Part shown: piece after piece, positions 10,899 through 19,400 of the stretch | Numbering within the stretch: position 1 is the stretch's first letter | Layout of the letters: the number at the start of each line of letters is the position of its first letter | Assembly (NCBI GenBank): GCA_037138655.1 | Contig: JBAXHY010000001.1 | Span: 6,221 to 70,220 of the forward strand | Origin: a bacterium | GTDB taxonomy: Bacteria; Patescibacteriota; Saccharimonadia; Saccharimonadales; SZUA-47 | Reading direction: 5' to 3' | Length of the DNA stretch: 64,000 nucleotides | Made by a program: the position numbers and the translations under genes | The notes under the pieces: model-generated | Databases searched by the model: none | What the model saw: only the letters and a program-made list of their open reading frames with translations | What the model was told of the DNA's origin: nothing

Positions 10899-10929
10899 AA
10901 TCTATAGATTACAGTCTTTAGCTTTAAAA

Positions 10930-12600
10930 TTACAATTGCTGTGGATTTGAATCTATTTGCGGTGTAGGCCCGCTAGGGTTCATGTAGCTGTGATTGTTGG
11001 CAGTTGGCGAAAAGTACTGAGGCATCATCGGCGGCGGTACTGGAGGCGGCGACATAGGGTCTACGGGTGCAACAACCTGCGTTGGCGTAATTATGTTAGA
11101 TTGTTGCAGCACATCAGCTACTGCGGCCATAGGTTGAGGCAATGCGACAGCTGGCGGCGCCGGAATTGGCATATCTGGAACAATTACTTCTGGCATCATT
11201 GGAGCGTCAGCAACAATGTTTGGCGTTTCGAACGCACCTTCGTCAGCACCAACATGAGGACTATGAACGTCTTGTTCTAGTTGAGCCAGTGTATCCGATG
11301 CTTCTGTCGCACCTGCACTGCTAAGTTCTGGCAATGCATATTCTGGCATTGGCGGAAATGCCGGTTCTGGAGTCGGCATAATTAACTCTGGCTGAACCAC
11401 AGGTTCTACGACCGGACTTTGCACCGATTCAGCTTGTACTACTGGCTCGCTAGGTTGCGGTACAGTTGGGGCTGGAGCAAAAGCAGCTAAAGGATCATAC
11501 TTTTCTTGGTTTATTGGTTCTATTACTTTGTGTCCGTCGCCAGAAATGTAACTATTTTCGTTAGTTGGTTCTGGTGGATTATTTGCTTCAGACTCGAGTT
11601 TTTGCTGCAGTTCCTTGTTTTTTAATGCTTCGGCTTCGGCGGCAAGACGTATTTCTTCTTGAAGTTTTAGATTGCCCTGATCATCGATGTGAATATCGTT
11701 TTCTTCTATATCCTGAGCACCATCATCGTGCGATATTTCTATTTCTCCGTCTGGTTTAGGAATGTCTTCTATTACAGCTGGTGTTTCTAGTTCGCCAGGT
11801 TGATTCAATTGAGCATCAGAATCAGTAGGCAAAACAGGTTCTGGAACTACTTCTACTGGTTTAAGTTTTTCGGCAATTAATTGCTGATTTGCACCTGCAG
11901 CCATAAGCTGAGCACTCATTGTCATAACCTTAGGACTGGTTTTATTATTACTAAAACGATCTGTCTCAGAAACTATACCGGTTAAAAAGGCTGTAGACAT
12001 TTGGCTATCTAGCAAGCCACTCTGAAAGGATTCAGACACACTAACCAGCATCTCAGAAAGACTACTTGCAGATGCGTCGTTCCAATTAATTCCGCCAATT
12101 TCGCTAGTGACTTCCCCAGCAGATACGCCAATAATTATTGCGTCGTGCAAAATTCTACCGTGCGCAACTATCGCAGTATCAATATCGTCTTTATTTGTAA
12201 CGCCTAAAGCTACAACTACATCAACATTAAAATCACCCTGGCTAAATTCTAAATCTTTATCAGAAATACTTGTTCTGTAAGGAGTAATAAAAATTCGTAC
12301 TACTTCGTCCTCTACTTTATACCTAAGCTTGTCGGCTTTTGATTTGTCTAAAGCGATTATAAAATCTCTAAGGCTGTCTGTGTTTTGTTCGAATGTTTTT
12401 TGAGGTTGCAAAAATTGAATAGTAGAAGGCACTTCACCACTAAATACTGCAGTAGCGTGCTTACCTAACTTATTTAATAACAGGGTAAAACCTATACATG
12501 CCGACAGTTGATCTACTGTGGGATTTTTACTTACTGTAACTAAAATATTAGTCGCTTCTTTAATGCGTTCGACTGCTAATTGCTTTGGGTTTGGTTCCAT
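10930..12600 (-). CDS. NrnA-like DHH-family domain protein (catalytic motifs degenerate) with about 300-aa proline-rich disordered C-terminal tail
   Basis: N-terminal 200 aa resemble NrnA/DHH architecture and occupy the conserved position upstream of truB. The DHH and GGGH signatures are not recognisable. The C-terminal half is Pro/Glu/Val-rich low complexity. Confidence 0.45.
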   Translation of the reverse strand: MEPNPKQLAVERIKEATNILVTVSKNPTVDQLSACIGFTLLLNKLGKHATAVFSGEVPSTIQFLQPQKTFEQNTDSLRDFIIALDKSKADKLRYKVEDEVVRIFITPYRTSISDKDLEFSQGDFNVDVVVALGVTNKDDIDTAIVAHGRILHDAIIIGVSAGEVTSEIGGINWNDASASSLSEMLVSVSESFQSGLLDSQMSTAFLTGIVSETDRFSNNKTSPKVMTMSAQLMAAGANQQLIAEKLKPVEVVPEPVLPTDSDAQLNQPGELETPAVIEDIPKPDGEIEISHDDGAQDIEENDIHIDDQGNLKLQEEIRLAAEAEALKNKELQQKLESEANNPPEPTNENSYISGDGHKVIEPINQEKYDPLAAFAPAPTVPQPSEPVVQAESVQSPVVEPVVQPELIMPTPEPAFPPMPEYALPELSSAGATEASDTLAQLEQDVHSPHVGADEGAFETPNIVADAPMMPEVIVPDMPIPAPPAVALPQPMAAVADVLQQSNIITPTQVVAPVDPMSPPPVPPPMMPQYFSPTANNHSYMNPSGPTPQIDSNPQQL

Positions 12601-12753
12601 ATTTGTTTGCCTGTGCTTTTTGTTTTTTTGTTAGCTCACTTCGAACATACCATAAGCGCATACTTATGGCAAGAACGAATTTTACAAAAAACGTAAAATA
12701 AGTTACTGTTATATGTGACAATAAAAAACATAAGCAAGAAGGTAAAAACTACA

Positions 12754-13125
12754 ATGCCAATCATTAAATCAGCTAAAAAGCGAGTACGAACCGCTAAAAA
12801 AGCTACAGTGCGTAATTCTAAGACTAAAAAAGGTTTACGTGGAGCTTTAAAAGCTTTTCACGGAAAAATAACTGGCAGCACACATTCTAGTGCACAAAGC
12901 GCAATAGACAAGGCTGTTAAAAAAGGCGTAATGAGCAAAAACAAAGCTTCTCGCCGTAAGAGTCAATTAGCTAAAAAAGCTAAAGCTGCTGGTCACAAGC
13001 CAGCTGCAGCAGTCAAAAAAGCTGCTCCAGTTAAAAAGGCAGCTCCTGCTAAAAAAGCTGCTCCAGTTAAAAAAGTAGTTGCAAAAAAACCAGCTGCTAA
13101 AAAAGCAGTAGCCAAGAAAAAATAG
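12754..13125 (+). CDS. rpsT: 30S ribosomal protein S20 with Lys/Ala/Pro-rich histone-H1-like C-terminal extension
   Basis: MPIIKSAKKRVRTAKK... S20 N-terminus. The ORF-track start at 12715 is probably too far upstream. The C-terminus carries AKKAAPVKK repeats. Confidence 0.8.
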   Translation: MPIIKSAKKRVRTAKKATVRNSKTKKGLRGALKAFHGKITGSTHSSAQSAIDKAVKKGVMSKNKASRRKSQLAKKAKAAGHKPAAAVKKAAPVKKAAPAKKAAPVKKVVAKKPAAKKAVAKKK

Positions 13126-13145
13126 TTATTTAAATAGCTAACCAA

Positions 13146-13171
13146 ACGGTCACAATTGTGGCCGTTTTTTT
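13146..13171 (+). terminator. Intrinsic terminator after rpsT (possibly bidirectional)
   Basis: acggtcaca-loop-tgtggccgt stem followed by TTTTTTT. Confidence 0.7.
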
Positions 13172-13175
13172 ATTA

Positions 13176-14096
13176 CTAAATACTAAGAAAAAGTATGAAG
13201 TTTTTTAAAATATCGTCAGGATCAACACTTACAGTTTTTATTGCATGTTCAGATTCTGCTAACTTAGTGACGTAAGATTTTAGTTCAGAATAAGTACGCA
13301 TGCTTGCTAAGCTTAAACTTTTTTTAGCGACATACGGGCTAATACCCGATTCTGCGGCAATCTGATCAGAACTTTTTTGACCCGCCGTTTTAATAAGTAG
13401 CAAAATATGAAGTTGCCAAACAAATAATGCCTCTATTGCAAGCGGTTCAATTGCCTGAGCACGTTGATCGTCGTATAAATAAAATGCTCTGGCTACGTTG
13501 CCGCTAAATGCAGCTTCTATTAGATCAAAAATACTACTTAAAGGAGCTTGCTCGGTTAAAAGATCAATTGTCGTACGTGTTACCGCTACGTCATATAAAA
13601 GTAGTTTATTTAGTTCGCTAGACAGTAGTTGTTGTCCCGCCCCAACTCTAGAAACTAAGTAATTAGCATCACTAATAGCTATACTGCCGCCCCTTGCCTT
13701 TGCTTCAAGGGTTAACCAATTAGGCGCATTTTTAGCGTCAATTTCTATAAACTCTTTAAGGTCGGTTAATTTTTTTAGAGTTTTAAAAAATACACTACGC
13801 TTATCTATTTTTGGTTCTACAATAATTAATTCTGTGACGTCAGACAATGATTCAAATATCTTTTCTAAAGATTCGTTTGCTGTTTTATTTGCAGCTAAAC
13901 CTTCCATGATTATCATTCGCTTAGGACTTAAAAATGGCATGGCCGACAACACATCTAATATTTTGCCAGTTTCCCATTCGGCTACATCAATTGTTTCTAG
14001 TGCCAAATCTCCATACTCAGCAATAAATTTATTACGTTCAAGCAACAAAGCCTGACGTAGTAAAAAACTATTTTGACCAACTAAACTTTTAATCAT
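13176..14096 (-). CDS. holA: DNA polymerase III delta subunit
   Basis: 306 aa, HolA-like N-terminal clamp-loader fold; typical divergent neighbour of rpsT. Confidence 0.7.
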   Translation of the reverse strand: MIKSLVGQNSFLLRQALLLERNKFIAEYGDLALETIDVAEWETGKILDVLSAMPFLSPKRMIIMEGLAANKTANESLEKIFESLSDVTELIIVEPKIDKRSVFFKTLKKLTDLKEFIEIDAKNAPNWLTLEAKARGGSIAISDANYLVSRVGAGQQLLSSELNKLLLYDVAVTRTTIDLLTEQAPLSSIFDLIEAAFSGNVARAFYLYDDQRAQAIEPLAIEALFVWQLHILLLIKTAGQKSSDQIAAESGISPYVAKKSLSLASMRTYSELKSYVTKLAESEHAIKTVSVDPDDILKNFILFLSI

Positions 14097-14133
14097 TAAC
14101 TACTATTGTACCGTGACAAGGGTTAATAAAATA

Positions 14134-15090
14134 TTAATTATGCTTTTGGCATGTAGGACAAACATGAGTTCCACGACCCGCAACACGTATTTTTATAATA
14201 GTTGTGCCGCAATTTGGACAAGGTAAATTTTCGCGCCTAAACACGCGGGCAAATTCCATATAGCTTCCCTTTTTGCCTTCGGCATTAACGTAATTTTTAT
14301 TAGTACTGCCTCCTTTTTCTATGGACAGTTTAAGAACAAAAATAATTTCATAATGAAGCACTTTTAATTTTGAAACAGGTACGTCAATTACCTTTGTTGC
14401 AGGATGAATTTTAGCTCCCCACAAACTTTCATCTGCGTATATATTACCGACTCCCGCCAATACAGTTTGATCCAATATTGCAGCTTTGATGGTTGAATTT
14501 TTTTTACGTTGAAGTCTATGAATAAAAACTTTACTCGTAAACTCATCAGTCAAAGGCTCTGGCCCAACTTTTTTAAAAAAGTCCAATTCAGGAACTTGTA
14601 TTGTAGGCATTAAACGCATCCAACCAAATTTTCTTTGGTCATTAAAATACAGTTTTGATTTATCTGTAAATTCAATAATTACCCTTGTTGTTTTGTCTGG
14701 TAATACTCCTACAAGACTGTCACTCGGGTGTCCTGCGCCAAAATGTTCCCCGGCTTCGTTGTTCTGGGTTCTGGGTTCTGGGCTCTTGGTAATTGCACTA
14801 CCTAGAACCGAGAACTTAGAACTTAGAACTGGTTTTTTTGCTACAAAAACTAATTGTCCGGTCATTTTTAAGTGACAAACAATTGTATAGTCTGTAGATA
14901 AATCAATGAGTAATACTTTTGCTCGCCTGCGGATTCCAACAATATGTGCACCTATTAAAAATGCATTTATGTCGTTTTGCGAATTAGGAAAACCCTTAGG
15001 CCAATCAAAATTAACTGTACTAACTATTTTATTTGGCAATAATCTAGCTAATCCACTACGAACGGTTTCTACTTCGGGAAGCTCTGGCAT
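14134..15090 (-). CDS. mutM: Formamidopyrimidine-DNA glycosylase (Fpg/MutM) with about 35-aa internal insertion
   Basis: N-terminal MPELPEVETVR (catalytic Pro2/Glu3), H2TH region, C-terminal zinc finger CPNCG...CPTCQ; 318 aa versus about 270-280 typical. Confidence 0.88.
   Translation of the reverse strand: MPELPEVETVRSGLARLLPNKIVSTVNFDWPKGFPNSQNDINAFLIGAHIVGIRRRAKVLLIDLSTDYTIVCHLKMTGQLVFVAKKPVLSSKFSVLGSAITKSPEPRTQNNEAGEHFGAGHPSDSLVGVLPDKTTRVIIEFTDKSKLYFNDQRKFGWMRLMPTIQVPELDFFKKVGPEPLTDEFTSKVFIHRLQRKKNSTIKAAILDQTVLAGVGNIYADESLWGAKIHPATKVIDVPVSKLKVLHYEIIFVLKLSIEKGGSTNKNYVNAEGKKGSYMEFARVFRRENLPCPNCGTTIIKIRVAGRGTHVCPTCQKHN
14761..14831. repeat. Inverted pair of tandem heptamer repeats inside fpg: (GTTCTGG)x3 ... 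(AGAACTT/AGAACCG)x3
   Basis: Seen directly: gttctgggttctgggttctgg ... ctagaaccgagaacttagaacttagaactgg. In frame, encoding PEPRTQ / KFSVLG. Confidence 0.8.
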
Positions 15091-15364
15091 AATCTAATTA
15101 TAGCAATCTAGAGCTATCATAGTTCCAGCTTGCTATAATTAACTTAAGATGGACTTAAAAGACATACTAAAAGGACGAAACATTCCACAAGAACCACCCG
15201 AAAGCCTGGCCTTAAAAAAGTACGTCCAATCAAAATATAATGTAGCTACGCAGGTTATCATTAGCCCGCATCATTTAACATTAGTAGTACCCAGTTCTGC
15301 GTTGGCTGGAACACTAAGATTAGAACTTCCTAGAATGCTTGAAGAATGCAAAATAACTCAAAAA

Positions 15365-15943
15365 CTACACATTCGAATCAGCTAGCAATACACCTAAATC
15401 AATCTTGTATTGCATGAAATCCTCATACAATATAGAACTCATACCAACCGCTTCTGCGCCTGCGCAAAAATCTTCACGGTCGTCTATCATTACACATTCA
15501 TTAACGGTTACGCCAAGTTTATCTGCGGTATAAATATAGGCGTTTTTATCTGGCTTTGTAAATCCAACAGAACCACTTTCGACGACTGCATCAAATAGTG
15601 CGTTAAGCTCTTCGGTTGTAAATCTTCTGGCCAATCCGCCAGAGCTAACATTTGATAATACCGCTGTTTTATAACCTTTTGAACGGAGCACTGATATCTG
15701 GCTAATCAAGTCGCTATTTCGAATCTCTTTTTCGTGTCGACTTTTTTGCAACTCTTGCTCTGACATATTTAATGCTGCGGCCATTTGACGAATACCTTCT
15801 TGGTAGTCAATAAATCCCATATTTAACATTTTGACCGCATCCCACACATGTATTTGGGAATCAACTGGGTATTTTTTTACAGTATTACCCAGCCAGTCTT
15901 CTACTAGCACTCCAAAACAATCAAAAATAATAGCTTTTATCAT
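15365..15943 (-). CDS. HAD-superfamily hydrolase
   Basis: N-terminal IIFDCFGVL (DxD-type motif I) and HAD core. Confidence 0.7.
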   Translation of the reverse strand: MIKAIIFDCFGVLVEDWLGNTVKKYPVDSQIHVWDAVKMLNMGFIDYQEGIRQMAAALNMSEQELQKSRHEKEIRNSDLISQISVLRSKGYKTAVLSNVSSGGLARRFTTEELNALFDAVVESGSVGFTKPDKNAYIYTADKLGVTVNECVMIDDREDFCAGAEAVGMSSILYEDFMQYKIDLGVLLADSNV

Positions 15944-15968
15944 TAACTTTTATTATAACCGACAACTA

Positions 15969-16580
15969 CTAGTTAAGTACGGTGTATTCTTTAACAAGTA
16001 TAGTGCTATAGTCAGGAATCTGAGATTTAAACAATGCTCTTACAGAAGATCCGTTTGAACTTTGCATACTAGTACTGCTCTTTGTAGAACAAGAAGCATT
16101 CCATAGTCTGCTTATTGTCTCATCGTGATCGCTTAAACTATACACATAGCGTCTACCTGTTGCGCACGCTGCAACTTCGTCGTCACTTGCTCCAGCTACT
16201 TTATTTGTAAAGTTTGAACGTTCTAATGCGCGTAAAAATATTCTGTAAGCAACGATATTGTTAGAGTACTGCTTTTCGCTAACAACTGACTTTTGGTAAC
16301 CTTTGTAAATAGTAAATTTACGATAGTTTTGTGTAACTTCTATCTGGTAACTTAAAAACTGGTCGTCTCCAACTATAGGGCCTTCGACGTTTAATTTTAC
16401 TGCCGTACCTTCTCTTTCATAATCAGAAAGTTCTATTTTTTGTACGCTAGCGTTTGATTTTGTACTGTCGCCGCCAAAAATATTTTTAGCTATAGAAACT
16501 ATTCCCCAAGTCGAAAGAACCAGTAAGACTACCGAAATTACAGTAAAGATTATAAATCGTATTCGTGACCCGTATTCCAT
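15969..16580 (-). CDS. Hypothetical membrane-anchored extracytoplasmic protein
   Basis: N-terminal TM helix; no recognised domain; immediately downstream of the ECF sigma/anti-sigma pair. Confidence 0.4.
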   Translation of the reverse strand: MEYGSRIRFIIFTVISVVLLVLSTWGIVSIAKNIFGGDSTKSNASVQKIELSDYEREGTAVKLNVEGPIVGDDQFLSYQIEVTQNYRKFTIYKGYQKSVVSEKQYSNNIVAYRIFLRALERSNFTNKVAGASDDEVAACATGRRYVYSLSDHDETISRLWNASCSTKSSTSMQSSNGSSVRALFKSQIPDYSTILVKEYTVLN

Positions 16581-16631
16581 AATGCTTATATTATAGCATA
16601 ATTATGCTTATGATGCAATATGCTTTTAAAC

Positions 16632-17303
16632 CTACAGGTTATCGCACTTTTTATAATCAGTATTGTCGACGTTTCCGCCATTCTTTTTAATATCGTCTAA
16701 CGCCGTTCTGCATAAATCTCTTGAGGTACTAGATGGGGTTGAACCACCGCCGCCCGTAGATCCACCACCAGTTGATCCCCCGTTATGAGAAGCCGAATCA
16801 TCAATCGTAGTATTCGTGGTAGTGGTCGGGCTATTGTCTTCTGGCTTAGTGGTAGAAATTGAATCATCTGACTTTGTTGAATCCTGCTTGTTGGATATTC
16901 TGTTTTCTATTTCTTGCTTTTCTTTATTAACAATATTTAGTTTATTTTCGTCATCACTAGATTTTTTTAGCTTATTAATTTCTGACTCTCGTTGTTTTAA
17001 TAGTTGTTCGTTATATGAAGGCTGAACAAAACTTCTTGCGTCCTCAATGTTTCGTCTTACTCCGTACAATAAGTCGCCTGGCTGGCTAGCAAAAGATAGA
17101 CCGCTTACGACTATTAATCCTGCAAAAAAAGCTGCCGAAAAGGTTGGAGCAAGTCGTAAAAATAATGGCTTTTGAGGAAATATTTCATTCAACATTTGGC
17201 GTTTTTGTCGCCTACTAAGACGTGGCTCATTACCAACACTGTGCAACTTCTTTGCAAAGCTTTGTAATTTTTTAGCTGTAATTAATTTATTGTCGCTTTT
17301 CAT
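16632..17303 (-). CDS. Putative anti-sigma factor (single-pass membrane protein)
   Basis: Overlaps the 3' end of the ECF sigma gene by 17 nt; cytoplasmic N-terminus, one TM helix, extracytoplasmic coiled-coil and Gly/Ser/Thr-rich region. Confidence 0.55.
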   Translation of the reverse strand: MKSDNKLITAKKLQSFAKKLHSVGNEPRLSRRQKRQMLNEIFPQKPLFLRLAPTFSAAFFAGLIVVSGLSFASQPGDLLYGVRRNIEDARSFVQPSYNEQLLKQRESEINKLKKSSDDENKLNIVNKEKQEIENRISNKQDSTKSDDSISTTKPEDNSPTTTTNTTIDDSASHNGGSTGGGSTGGGGSTPSSTSRDLCRTALDDIKKNGGNVDNTDYKKCDNL

Positions 17304-17772
17304 ACCATAACCTTAGTTTCTTTAATGCTCTAAACTGCATAACTCGTACGTTAGCTTCGGTGTGTCCAGTCTGCTTTGCAGTTTCCTGCACCGAAGCTCG
17401 TTCAATAAAACGCCAGTGAATAATTTCACGCAGTTCATCAGATAAGCTATCAAGCGCCACCAGAAGTGTCTTAACGTCTATTTGTCTGTCGATATCTTCT
17501 GCAGTATAGTCATGCACTTCGATTTCGGCATCTTCGCTTAGACGTTCTTCGGACTTTTTTCGATAACTATCGATGATTGTACGCCTGGCAATAGTATAAA
17601 GCCAAGCTTTAGGAAATTTACCGTCAAAAGTTTCACGTTTTTCCCAAGCCTTTGTAAACACTGTGCTTACTATATCCGACGCCTTGTCTTCGTCGCCTAC
17701 GCGCCAAAAAGCAAATCGATATAAAGAATCGGCATGTTCATGAAATAATTTAGTAAATTCACGTTTGTTCAT
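17287..17772 (-). CDS. ECF (sigma-70 family, group 4) RNA polymerase sigma factor
   Basis: Region 2 (FxxxWxxxxTIARRxxIDxYRKK) and region 4 HTH (ETAKQTGHTEANVRVMQFRALKKLR). Confidence 0.85.
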   Translation of the reverse strand: MNKREFTKLFHEHADSLYRFAFWRVGDEDKASDIVSTVFTKAWEKRETFDGKFPKAWLYTIARRTIIDSYRKKSEERLSEDAEIEVHDYTAEDIDRQIDVKTLLVALDSLSDELREIIHWRFIERASVQETAKQTGHTEANVRVMQFRALKKLRLWYEKRQ

Positions 17773-17943
17773 GTACTAGTCACTATCTCATATAACGAAC
17801 AACTTCTTCAATTGTTACAAATTAACTTTTTGTTTCATAATAAGTATTACTAAAATTAACCCCCAGATATGTAACATTTTTGTAATATGCTCGTTAAACA
17901 CTATGCAAACTAACGATAAAAGAATAAATAAGGAATTATATTT

Positions 17944-18462
17944 ATGAATAAACAAGTAATTATTGGATCAGCTTTAGCACTAGGTATAATTTTGTTACCA
18001 GTTGCCGCACAAGCAAGTCGCGGATCAAACGATTCAACAAACACAAGTAGCCTGCATGACCAAGCTGAAGTTAACTCAGTTTCTAATGACGACCTATCTC
18101 ACGAAGATAACGACGACCATAAAGTAACAGTTAATCCTACTCAAGCAGATGTAGTTTTAAGTAGCACTTCATCTACTAACGCATCAGCTGCAATAGAATC
18201 AACCAAAACACTTCAAGAAGCTGTTGCTGCGGCTCAAAAACAATTTCCAAGTAAAACTGTTAAAGAATCAGAAAAAGAATCTGAAGACGGAAAACAAATT
18301 TGGGAAATTAAATTTACCGACGGAAGCAAAGTAGAAGTAGATGCAGTAACTGGTTTAGTTATTTCTTTTAAAGACGCATCTTTAAACGTAGATAATTCGG
18401 GACACGGAAACGGTCACGACAATGACGAAGACACTGATCATTCAGGCAGCAGTCACAACTAA
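17944..18462 (+). CDS. Secreted PepSY-domain protein with His/Asp-rich C-terminus
   Basis: Signal peptide (ALALGIILLPVAAQA); PepSY-like segment (KQIWEIKFTDGSKVEVDAVTGLVI); divergent from the ECF sigma gene. Confidence 0.6.
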   Translation: MNKQVIIGSALALGIILLPVAAQASRGSNDSTNTSSLHDQAEVNSVSNDDLSHEDNDDHKVTVNPTQADVVLSSTSSTNASAAIESTKTLQEAVAAAQKQFPSKTVKESEKESEDGKQIWEIKFTDGSKVEVDAVTGLVISFKDASLNVDNSGHGNGHDNDEDTDHSGSSHN

Positions 18463-18483
18463 ACCTACTAAATTAATTAATAA

Positions 18484-18510
18484 GGCGCAGTATCCACTGC
18501 GCTTTATTAA
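18484..18510. terminator. Bidirectional intrinsic terminator
   Basis: ggcgcagt-atcc-actgcgc stem flanked by A/T runs between convergent genes. Confidence 0.6.
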
Positions 18511-18512
18511 TT

Positions 18513-19373
18513 TTAAACTTTCGGCTGCTTGGTTGTTTTTTGTTTTGTATTAACTACAGGTATATCTTTGATAGTATTTATATGCTTTTTGCCGTGTCTT
18601 AATAAGTATAAAACAAATGCAATAGTTCCACATGCAACAGCAAAACTTAGCAAATAACCGCCAAATAACTGCTGCACTGCCTTTAATACCGCATCTATTA
18701 ATCCGTTAGCTTTAACATCGGCTGAACCAGACTTTAATTTATCGGCCAATTTGGCTGGCAATAATATAATTGCACCCCAAAAGACAAAGAACCAAATACT
18801 CGTATGTAAAAATATTCTGCCGATTCTTCGTAGCTTTTGACCTTTTTCTGCAACATACCATTCTAACAATAAAAGAGCTACAAACACTACTGGACCAATA
18901 ATTTTTAATATCTTTAGCCGGTCATAAGCTTTTGGTAATTTATCTAAATTACCGTCTTTATTTAGTTCTATTGGAGTAGCAAAGTTTTTATCTATATCCG
19001 TGCCTACATCTACACCACTTGCCCTTAGTTTAGCCGGAAAGTCACTTATATCTACGACTGGTTGCGGGGTTCCAAGACGCATATACGTCGCAATATTATT
19101 AGATATTAGCTGTAATTTTTCTGCAACATAATCGGACGTTACAATTTTAGAAATTTTAGCTTTCATATCTGCTTTTTCAGCTGGGCTAGCATCTTTGGTG
19201 GCTTCTTCTGGAAGTAGTTTGGCAATCTCTACTGTTACCCCGGCATCCTTTAATGAAGGGACTAATTTACTTGGATTTAAAATTACACCGTCAATAAACC
19301 AAATATAAAATGTTGCTACCAAACTAAAGACCGCTAAAGTAATCAAAAAATGAGACAATATTTTTTTAAACAT
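18513..19373 (-). CDS. Hypothetical integral membrane protein
   Basis: Multiple predicted TM helices, no family recognised. Confidence 0.4.
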   Translation of the reverse strand: MFKKILSHFLITLAVFSLVATFYIWFIDGVILNPSKLVPSLKDAGVTVEIAKLLPEEATKDASPAEKADMKAKISKIVTSDYVAEKLQLISNNIATYMRLGTPQPVVDISDFPAKLRASGVDVGTDIDKNFATPIELNKDGNLDKLPKAYDRLKILKIIGPVVFVALLLLEWYVAEKGQKLRRIGRIFLHTSIWFFVFWGAIILLPAKLADKLKSGSADVKANGLIDAVLKAVQQLFGGYLLSFAVACGTIAFVLYLLRHGKKHINTIKDIPVVNTKQKTTKQPKV

Positions 19374-19400
19374 ATGCGTATTGTAGCACCTATTTAACTT

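Noticed and set aside
12715-12753. Upstream extension of rpsT (ORF-track start 12715)
   Set aside because: The S20 family N-terminus (MPIIKSAKKR) begins at ATG 12754, and the 13 extra codons are not conserved-looking.
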